Assembly: GCA_946409935.1 (NCBI GenBank)
Contig: CAMJYG010000003.1
Coordinates: forward strand, 1 to 63,021
DNA: 63,021 nt
DNA from: an uncultured Clostridium sp.
Lineage (GTDB): Bacteria > Bacillota > Clostridia > TANB77 > CAG-508
Direction: 5' to 3'
Part shown: positions 53,801 to 63,021 of the stretch, piece after piece
Position numbering within the stretch: the stretch's first letter is position 1
Layout: each line of letters begins with the position of its first letter
The notes under the pieces: generated by a model
What the model saw: only the letters and a program-made list of their open reading frames with translations
Database searches by the model: none
Told to the model about the DNA's origin: nothing
Program-made: the position numbers and the translations under genes

Positions 53801-56800
53801 GGAATTTTTTAGTCAGTATTTGACTAAAGAAAACAACTATTTAATAACAGATAATTATCAAGAAGATAGAAAGGAAAAAATAGTCCCAAGAACATCTTCA
53901 ACAAATATTGGGTTATCATTACTTGCTGTTATTTCGGCATATGACTTGAAATATATCAATTTAGATGAATGTTTAGAAATGCTAGTAAATATTATAAAAA
54001 CAATAGAACAATTGCCGAAATGGAATGGACATTTATATAATTGGTATAATATTAAAACAAAAGAACCACTAATTCCAAGATATATATCAACAGTAGATAG
54101 TGGGAATTTAATAGGATATTTATATGTAACTAAAGCATTTTTAGAGGAAATAAGTGAAAGATACAAATCAAATATCAATCCAAAAAACAAATTAGAGAAG
54201 AATAATGAAACAGATAAATCAAACAAATATATTATTTTAAAAAATGAAGGAATTGAAAAAGAAAATTTAGAGGAAAGAAAAATTTATAATGATAATATAA
54301 TTAATAAAATAGATGATTCAATAGTTATTTTAAATAAAATAATAGAAAATACTAATTTTTCTTTATTATATAATAATGAGCAACAAATTTTTTCTATAGG
54401 TTTTAATATAGAAGAAAATAAATTAACAGATTCGTATTATGATTTATTAGCTTCAGAAGCAAGACAAGCTAGTTTTGTGGCAATAAGTAAAAAAGATATA
54501 CCAGCAAAACATTGGAATTCATTAAGTAGAACACTAACAACTCTTGGAAAATATAAAGGGCTTATTTCATGGTCTGGTACTGCATTTGAATATTTAATGC
54601 CAAATATAAATATGCCAAAATATGAGGGGAGCTTGCTTGATGAATCGTGCAAGTTTATGATTAAAAGTCAAATGGAATATGCAAGTAAGCTGAATATACC
54701 ATGGGGAATTTCGGAAGCGGCATTTAATTTAAAAGACTTACATGCTAATTATCAGTATAAAGCCTTTGGAATACCATGGTTAGGACTAAAAAGAGGATTA
54801 GCAGATGAAATGGTAGTTTCTAGTTATGGAGGAATTTTAGCAATAAATGAATTTCCAAAAGAAGAAGTACAAAATCTAAAAAGTCTTGAACAAGAAGGAA
54901 TGTATGGAAAATATGGATTTTATGAATCAATTGATTATACTCCTGAAAGAGTAGAAAAAGGAAAAACCTCTGCAGTAGTAAAAACATATATGGCTCATCA
55001 CCAAGGACTTATATTATTATCTATAAATAATTTATTTAATAATAATATTTTACAAAAAAGATTTATGAAAAATCCAGAAATAGAAGCATGTTCTGTTTTA
55101 TTACAAGAAACTATGCCTGAAACATTTATTATAACAAAAGAAAATAAAGAAAAAGTAGAAAAATTAAAATATAAAGATTATGAAAATTATACACAAAGAA
55201 CTTATAAAAAGATTGATAATAGGATAATTACAGGAAATGTAATATCTAATAATAATTACATTATAGCAATGAATCAAAAAGGAGAAGGTGTAAGTAAATA
55301 TAAAGACTATTATATAAATAGATTTAAGCCAACAGATGATTATAGTCAGGGGATATTTTTCACTTTTAAAAGTATTAAAAATAAAAATATATGGAGTTCA
55401 AATTATTGTTGGAGTAATAGCAAAGAAGAGCAATATCAAATAAGTTTTATGCCTGATAAAGATGAACAAGAAATAATAAATGGAAATATAAAAACTAAAA
55501 TTATTACAACAGTTGCATCAAATGAACCAGTAGAATTACGAAGAATAGTTTTAGAAAATAGAGGAATAGAAGAAGAAATAATAGAAATAACTTCATGTTT
55601 TGAACCAGTATTATCAAAGAAAGAACAAGATTATGCACATCCTGCATTTAATAACTTATTTTTAGTTACAGAATTTGATGAAGAAACAAATAGTTTAATT
55701 GTAAAAAGAAAAAATAGAGAAAATAACAATCAAAATTTATATTTAGCAGCTAACTTATCCACAAATAGTGAAACAATTGGGGATTTAGAATATGAAATAG
55801 ATGAAGAAAAGTTTATTCGGAAGAGGAAATTTAGGAATACCCAAAACAATTTTAAATTCTAAACCATTATCAAAAAAAATAGGGCTCGTAACAGAACCAA
55901 TTATAGCATTAAAAAGAACTATAAAAATAAAGCCACAAGATGAAGTTATTTTAGATTTTGTTGTAGCAGTTAATGAAGAAAAAGAAAATGTAATTGAAAA
56001 TGTAAAAAAATATATATCTAAGGAAAATGTGAAAAAAGAAATTGAATTATCGAAAGCAAGAGTGGAAGCGGAAAGCAGATATTTAGGAATAAAAGGTAGT
56101 GAAATTGAAATATACCAAAAAATATTATCTTATATAATTTTTGACAATTCTGTAAGAAGCATTAGATTAAATAATATTAAACAAACAGCAAATTATAAAC
56201 AGAGCGAATTATGGAAATATGGAATTTCTGGAGATTTACCAATTATTTTAATAAAAATAAAAGATGTAAATGATAATTATGTGATAAAAGATGTACTAAA
56301 AGCCTATGAATTTTTTAGAACTAAAAATATTGAAACAGAGATTGTAATTTTAGATGAAGAAAAACATAGTTATGAAAATTATGTTAAATCTGAAATAGAA
56401 GGTTCAATTTTAAACCAGCAAATGGCATATTTAAAAAATATTAAAGGTGGAATTTTTACTTTATCTAAAAGTGAAATTGATAAAAATGATATAGAATTAT
56501 TAGAGTTCATTTCAGCAATTATAGTAGATAGTGGTAAAGGTGGACTTAAAAATAATATAAAAGAACTTGAAGACGAATATCTAGAAAAGTACACAAAAGA
56601 AGAAATAGAAGAAAAGCCTCAGATAATTATAGATGAGGATAATGATGATATTGATATATTAGAAAATAAAGAAAAAATAAAATATTATAATGAATATGGT
56701 GGATTTTCGGCAGATGGTAAGGAATATTTAATAAAAATAAATAAAGAAAATAGATTACCAACTGTATGGAGCCACATAATGGCAAATGAGAAATTTGGAA

Positions 56801-59076
56801 CAATATTGACAGAAAATATGGGAGGATATAGTTGGTATAGAAATAGTAGATTAAATAGAGTTACTAGTTGGGCCAATAATCCAGTTTATGATATTCCATC
56901 AGAGATTATATATATAAAAGATATAGAAAACAAAAGGAGTTGGTCACTAGGTTTAAATCCTAAGCCAGACAATAAAAATTACAATATAATTTATGGATTT
57001 GGATATTGTAAATATATTCACAAGTGTGATGGAATCGAACAAGAATTAGAAATATTTGTTCCAAAACAAGATAGCTGTAAAATTGGAATTTTAAAATTCA
57101 AAAATACAACTATGACAAAAAAGAAATTAAAAATATATTATTATATAAAACCAGTAATTGGAGAAGATGAAATAAAATCTAACGGAAATATATCAGTTGA
57201 CTTTGATAGGAATAATAATGTTTTACACTCAAAAAATTTATATAGAGAAGAAATGGAAAATACAATAATATATACTTCATGTAGTGAAAAAATAAACTCA
57301 TATACAGGTGATAAAAATTCTTTTTTGGGATTAGAAGGAATATCAAACCCTATAGGGTTAAAAAACACATCTTTAAAGAATAAAAATTCCTTAGGAAAAA
57401 ATGCATGTATGGTATATGAAGTAGAAGTAGAACTAGAAAGCTTTGAAAATAAGGAGATTTCTATTATTTTAGGGGCAGAAGATAGTTTAATTGATTGTAA
57501 AAATATTGCGTATAAGTACAGTAAAGTTCAAAATTGTAAACAAGAATTAGAAATCATAAAGTCATATTGGAAAGAATTATTAGGAAGATTACAAGTATAT
57601 ACTCCATTAGAATCAACAAATATAATTTTAAATGGATGGCTACAATATCAAACTATAAGTAGTAGGCTTTTAGGCAAAAGCGGATATTATCAATCAGGAG
57701 GAGCATTTGGATTTAGGGATCAATTACAAGATACTTTAGGACTAAAATATATAGAACCTAATATGTTAAAAAGACAAATATTAAAACATGCAAAACATCA
57801 ATTTATAGAAGGTGATGTAGAACATTGGTGGCATGAGGAAACGCAAAGAGGGATAAGAACAAGATTTTCAGATGATTTATTGTGGCTACCTTATGTAACT
57901 TTGGAATATATAAACTGCACAGCAGATAAAAGCATCTTAGATATAGAAGTACCATATTTACAAGGAGAAATATTACAAGAAAATAAAGATGAAAAGTATG
58001 ACAAATATAAAGAATCTAATATAAGTGAAAGTATTTATAAGCATTGTATAAAAGCAATTGAAAAAAGTTTAAACTTCGGAGAACATGGAATACCTAAAAT
58101 AGGTTCTGGAGATTGGAACGATGGATTTAGTACAGTTGGAAATAAAGGCAGGGGTGAAAGTGTATGGTTAGGATTTTTCTTATATAAGATTTTAGAAAAA
58201 TTTATACCTATTTGTTATAAAAAACAAGATAATATTTTAGCACAAAAATACGAAAATGTAAAAAATGAACTTAAGAAAAATTTGAATAATAATTGCTGGG
58301 ATGGCAGATGGTTTAGAAGAGCTTTTATGGATAATGGCAAGATGCTTGGAAGTATGGAAAATGATGAGTGTAGAATAGATAGCATAGCTCAAAGTTGGAG
58401 TATTATTTCAAATGCAGGAGATAATGATAAAAAATTTATTTCTATGGAAAGCTTAGAAAATCATTTGGTGGATAGAGAAAACGGTATTATAAAATTGCTA
58501 GATCCTCCATTTGAAAAAGGAAAACTAGAACCTGGTTATATTAAAGCATATTTGCCTGGTGTAAGAGAAAATGGTGGACAGTATACACATGCAAGTTGTT
58601 GGGTAATTATTGCAGAAAGTATGTTAGGATTTGGAGATAAAGCATTAGAATTATATAGAATGATAAATCCAATAGAACATTCTAGAACAAAAGAAGCATG
58701 CCAAAAGTATAAAGTTGAGCCTTATGTTATAGCTGCAGATATTTATGGAGCAAGTAATTTAGCAGGAAGAGGCGGGTGGACTTGGTATACTGGTTCAAGT
58801 AGTTGGTATTATAAAGCAGGAATTGAATATATTTTAGGATTAAAAATAGAAACAGGCTATCTAAAAATTGAGCCATGTATTCCAAAAGAATGGAAAGAAT
58901 ATCAAATTCAATATAGATGGAAAGAAAGTATTTATAATATTAAAGTTAAAAATCCAAATGGAAAAAATTCATTTGAAGAAGAAAATAGTAAAATACTTTT
59001 AAATGGCAATGTATCTAAAAATTGTTTTAAACTAGATGATGGAAGAAATATTTATAATATTGAAGTTATATTGTAA
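50823..59076 (+). CDS. ndvB: Cyclic beta-1,2-glucan synthase-like protein (GT84 + GH94), ~2750 aa, joined by +1 shift at CGG 55818
   Basis: GWERKRG, TLDADT, SHDLLEG, RWIRGDWQ, YDLLASEAR, YQSGGAFGFRDQLQD, GDWNDG, RENGGQYTH; skipping C restores FIGRG. Confidence 0.9.
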
Positions 59077-59130
59077 TTTTAGGCCATAGTTCAGTAATAC
59101 CATATCTATAAGTCTGAGCAGGCAAACCAA

Positions 59131-59317
59131 GGCGTAGCCTGTTCTACAATAGAAAAGTCAGTATGACTTTCCTATTGTAGAACAAATCGGAAAGCTAATG
59201 AATTTGTAGTATGTTATTTTAAACTATAAATTCTAATTAGCAACAACTTTAAATTAGTAAAGCTTTCCGTAAATTTGTTCTGCACGAATTTTTTCTCAAG
59301 AAAAAATTCTGCGCAAC
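59131..59317. repeat. Family C modular palindromic element, inverted and permuted copy
   Basis: 59131-59183 is the exact reverse complement of 34688-34740; 59180-59280 is a near reverse complement of 34781-34881. Confidence 0.9.
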
Positions 59318-59354
59318 GCATAGAGCGAAGCTTTTTTAATGCAATAGGAAAGTG

Positions 59355-59801
59355 TTACTTTCCTATTGTATTAAAAAAATGTTTAAACCATTTTATAATT
59401 TTTGTAAAAATCGAATCTTTATCATCTAATATAACAATAGATTTTTCATCTATTGTTAATTTTCTGTTCTTATCTTTAAATATACTATTTGAATTATATT
59501 TTTTATTTTTTTCATGTTCTAGGTTTTGTTGGTTTTGTTTTAATAAATTTTCTAAAATTTCTTTTTGTCTTTGAGTTGCAAAATAATCTCTAAATAAAGA
59601 AATTAAAATTGAATTTGCTTCTTTAGAAATATTTTGATTTAATAAATCCATTTTAGGATCAATCTTATATATATAATCTTTATCCATATTATTTTTAAAA
59701 AATTCTATTTTTTCAATGGGTATTTTAGAATATTCTTCTTTTGGAAAATAACTTATTATTTCAATAACTTCGTTATAAGCTCTAGTATATTTATTTGCCA
59801 T
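59355..59801 (-). CDS. Hypothetical protein
   Basis: 148-aa ORF, AAAGGG RBS, 2 bp downstream of the preceding gene. Confidence 0.8.
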   Translation of the reverse strand: MANKYTRAYNEVIEIISYFPKEEYSKIPIEKIEFFKNNMDKDYIYKIDPKMDLLNQNISKEANSILISLFRDYFATQRQKEILENLLKQNQQNLEHEKNKKYNSNSIFKDKNRKLTIDEKSIVILDDKDSIFTKIIKWFKHFFNTIGK

Positions 59802-59803
59802 AT

Positions 59804-61178
59804 TTAAAATCCCTTTCTAAAATCTTCTTTTGTTGTGGATGTTTGAAGTTGTTCAGCATAATCTGATTTATTTACATCTTCAAATGTTACTCCATTATTT
59901 AGCGCATTTTTAACAACAGATTCCATAGTTATTTTTCCGTTCATTTTTTCCATATTCATTATTATCTCTTTATCACTTAATGCTTTTTCTGCTTTTTGAG
60001 CTTCTTCTGGTGAAAAATATTGATAACCATCTACATATAATGAAATTTTATTTTGAGTTGTATCTGTACAATACATATTTATTGCATCGAACGTTTTTTC
60101 TAAGCGTTCTCTTACTTTCATTGTATCATTTTTAGCACTCTCTAAATATACTCTGTTTTTTAGTTGAGTATCATAACTCTCATCTATTTGATCTAATAGT
60201 TGAGCTTCAAATTGAGAAATTTTTCTTGCTCCACCATAATTTAAATTATCATCTATTTCTTTTTGTAATTCTCTCAATTTTTTTCCTTCTGAAGCTTGTT
60301 GCATAATATCATTAAAGTCGCTGGTAAGCTGACCGAGCTGTTATTGGTATAAAACTATAACTTTGAGAATTCAATATAGAATTTTCTAATGCTTTACTTA
60401 ACGCACTTGACAAACATGCTGACATAGCCTTTCCAGAAAATATATATTTTTTTAAGCTATGATCTCCATCTCCGTTAAATAAATATGCAATTTCATTATT
60501 TGAATATTCAAAACTACTTTCTCCAATTTTGGATTCTTGAACTTTTTTTCTTTGACTTAAAGTAACATTATCATTCACTTCTGAATCATTAATATCATTA
60601 AATGAAATGCAAGTTGACTTTTGTGTACCTCTTAATAGATTTGTTGAAAATGGAAACATACACATTTGAGATTGAATTTTTTCACATTCCTCATCAGTAT
60701 ATCCTAACTCTTGCATTAGACTTAGCATTTTTTTTTCGATGTTTTGAATCACTGAAGCTCCAGAACAATAACTCATCATATTAACATTTCTCATATTTTT
60801 CATTGCTTGGATACAATCTATTTTTGTTCCTTTATTGGAAACTAAGGGTAAAAAATACTGAGTTATAAAGGCTTCAATTCTCTCATCTTCTGTCATTTTA
60901 CTACCTAGATTATTACTAGATAACTGTAACATTGACAAAAATTTAACTGGAAAATCATTTAAAATAAAACCCGCATTTATATTTCCACGTATTCTCATTC
61001 TTGCCATTTCCATACATCGTTTTGTAGTTCCAAAAACATTTTGTTCAATACCTATGTCACCAGCTGAAATACATAACAAACAAGGTCCATCTAAAAATGG
61101 ATTTTCTTTTTTGTCTAATTCCCTTTGACCATATAAATTTTGTTGACTTTTTGGTATTGCTTCATATAATTTATACAT
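59804..61178 (-). CDS. Hypothetical protein, ~457 aa, joined by +1 shift at CGG 60335-60333
   Basis: AGGAGGT RBS; ATA ACA GCT C GGT CAG CTT ACC AGC GAC TTT AAT GAT ATT ATG runs into ORF 59804-60304, which lacks its own RBS. Confidence 0.75.
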
Positions 61179-61430
61179 ATATTACCTCCTTTTGTATTTT
61201 TGATATAATATTTAAAATATATTATCTTTATTATATATAAAGCCTACAAAAAAAACAATATATTTAACAGAAATGACACATTAATTCAATAAACGTAATA
61301 ATTTTGCAAAGTTTTTAAATTATTGAAAATTCACACTCGTTCATGAAAAGAAAAAGGATATGTAGATGTTATTTTAAAATATAAAATAGATACTAAAGAA
61401 ATTATAGAAAGTTTGGTATAACATAAAAAA

Positions 61431-61470
61431 ATTACGAAAAAGTTCTGCAAACGGAAAAAATTCGTAATGA
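61431..61470. repeat. 40-bp hairpin repeat, copy 1
   Basis: ATTACGAA...AAACGGAAAAAATTCGTAATGA; second copy at 62578-62617. Confidence 0.8.
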
Positions 61471-61705
61471 AAAACAATATTATTCTTAAAAAGTGTCGAA
61501 CAAAATGGTTAAAAAGTGTCGACTGAAAAATTTGAAAACATATAAAATACTCAAAATTTGCACAACAAAATAGTCAAAAAATGCACAATACATATTCAAT
61601 AAATTTATAAAACTCCAATAACATTTGACAAATAGCGAAAAAATACTAAAATATTACTAGAATATGAATAAAATGAAAAAATAATCATAAAATAGTAATA
61701 AAGAG

Positions 61706-62362
61706 GTGAAAAAAATGAATTGCTATAATATGGTGTTAGAATATATAAATAAGAATGAAAAAGGAATACCAATTTTTATTGAAGAAATCAAAGAATACAT
61801 TATTAAATTCTATAATGAAAAAGATAAAGAAAAGGTTTTTAATAATGTTAAAGCAATTTTAAATAGAATGAATAAAGAAGGTATTATAGAAACAGCATAT
61901 AAAGGTATTTATTATATTCCGAATGAAAACATATTTGGAAAGATGCTATTAGGAAATAGACAAATTATTCAATATAAATATATAATGGACAAAGATGGAA
62001 ATATTAAAGGATATGTTACTGGAGCAAAACTTTTTAATGAGGCTCACTTAACTACACAAGTTCCAAACATTATAGATATTGCAACAAATGAATGTAAGAA
62101 CTTTAATAAATATGAAAACAAAAACCTAAATGTTATAATTAGAAAACCAAAAATCGAGATAAACAATGTGAATTATAAGTATCTACAATTATTTGACTTA
62201 ATAGAGAACAAAGACAATATAGGAATTGAAGTAGATAATCCAGATGAAATAATCTATAATTTCATTGAAGAAAACAATTTAGATTTTGAAAAGATAATTA
62301 AATATGCTATGGATACAAAAAGTAGAACTGTTATTAATAAAATACTTGTCCTAGCAAGATAG
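61706..62362 (+). CDS. DUF6088/AbiEi-like wHTH protein
   Basis: PIF, KGIYY, GYVTG, LTTQVPN. Confidence 0.7.
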   Translation: MKKMNCYNMVLEYINKNEKGIPIFIEEIKEYIIKFYNEKDKEKVFNNVKAILNRMNKEGIIETAYKGIYYIPNENIFGKMLLGNRQIIQYKYIMDKDGNIKGYVTGAKLFNEAHLTTQVPNIIDIATNECKNFNKYENKNLNVIIRKPKIEINNVNYKYLQLFDLIENKDNIGIEVDNPDEIIYNFIEENNLDFEKIIKYAMDTKSRTVINKILVLAR

Positions 62363-62577
62363 GTTTACAGTTAAAAAATAATTGGACAATTTCGTTTTTA
62401 AACTTCACATCAGCAATCCTCAACGTGCAAAAAGCACGCCTGCGGTTGCTTCGCTTGTTTGCCTAGAAATTGCCTCAATTCTTTGCGAGCAGGAAGTGAT
62501 TACAAACAACAATACACCTATAAAATATTGATACTCTTAATTTAGCTGTTAGCGAGGAACGGCAAGCATTAAAAATG

Positions 62578-62617
62578 ATTACGAAAAATTTCCGTAAACG
62601 GAAAAAATTCGTAATGA
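62578..62617. repeat. 40-bp hairpin repeat, copy 2
   Basis: Near-identical to 61431-61470. Confidence 0.8.
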
Positions 62618-62738
62618 ACATATTTGAATCTGCATATAACGCTTGACTATCTGCACATAAAATAATAAAATATATGCAGATAAAGAAAGGATATATGCAT
62701 ATAAAATTTAAAATAATATGCAGAAAGTGAGAATTAGA

Positions 62739-63021
62739 ATGAAAAAATTTGATTATTCTTTTTTAGATAATGGATTATTACCTGCTAATTTAATAAATAT
62801 AACAGGAACAATTTATTCATTAAAAATGGGAGCAAAAATTAGACAGGATGAATATGAAAAGATATTTACAGAATTAGAGAAAATAGCTATTGTCCAATCT
62901 GTTAAAAGTTCAAATGCTATAGAGGGAATTGTAACTAGCGATGAGCGTATAGAAGAAATAGTAAACCAAAATAGTAAACCATTAAATCATAATGAAAATG
63001 AAATTGCAGGATATAGAGATG
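62739..63021 (+). CDS. Fic family protein, 5' part (runs off the window)
   Basis: MKKFDYSFL...IQ-like IVQSVKSSNAIEGI...NENEIAGYRD, typical Fic N-terminal region. Confidence 0.8.
   Translation, partial: MKKFDYSFLDNGLLPANLINITGTIYSLKMGAKIRQDEYEKIFTELEKIAIVQSVKSSNAIEGIVTSDERIEEIVNQNSKPLNHNENEIAGYRD

Noticed and set aside
6676-59317. CRISPR array, tRNA or rRNA among the repeats
   Set aside because: No regular repeat-spacer periodicity, cas genes, cloverleaf or rRNA sequence seen; the tRNA relevant to recoding is not in this window.
59275-59574. 99-aa plus-strand ORF
   Set aside because: Begins inside a repeat and is antisense to a better gene.
1641-60335. Homopolymer sequencing errors as the cause of the frameshifts
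   Set aside because: 7 of 8 extra Cs are not in C runs and the many long A runs show no indels. A motif-specific artefact remains possible until reads are checked.
1641-60335. Simple CGG sense reassignment (Trp/Gln)
   Set aside because: Triplet reassignment would keep the frame; here the zero frame terminates within about 6-22 codons every time.

Overview
Very AT-rich Firmicutes-type chromosomal segment, probably from a Clostridia lineage (inferred from gene content and composition), with most genes on the + strand. It contains housekeeping genes (mfd, two SpoU methyltransferases, smc, rpsF-ssb-rpsR) and sporulation-type genes (ytaF, a cwlD-like amidase, a YloB-like Ca-ATPase). It also has a 13-gene Ter/Yce stress cluster, a ~2750-aa cyclic beta-1,2-glucan synthase-like gene, hicAB, a pilin-like gene, a c-di-GMP-I riboswitch and several families of long intergenic palindromic repeats. 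The main finding: 7 genes are broken at 8 sites, each by the same +1 shift at an in-frame CGG codon, where the protein continues as Gly from the GGN one base later (C-GGA x7, C-GGT x1). In a manual scan I found no in-frame CGG read without a shift, while CGA, CGT and CGC are read normally. This points to a genome-wide recoding rule (CGGN read as a 4-base Gly codon, or an obligatory +1 frameshift at CGG). A systematic sequencing artefact cannot be excluded from sequence alone.
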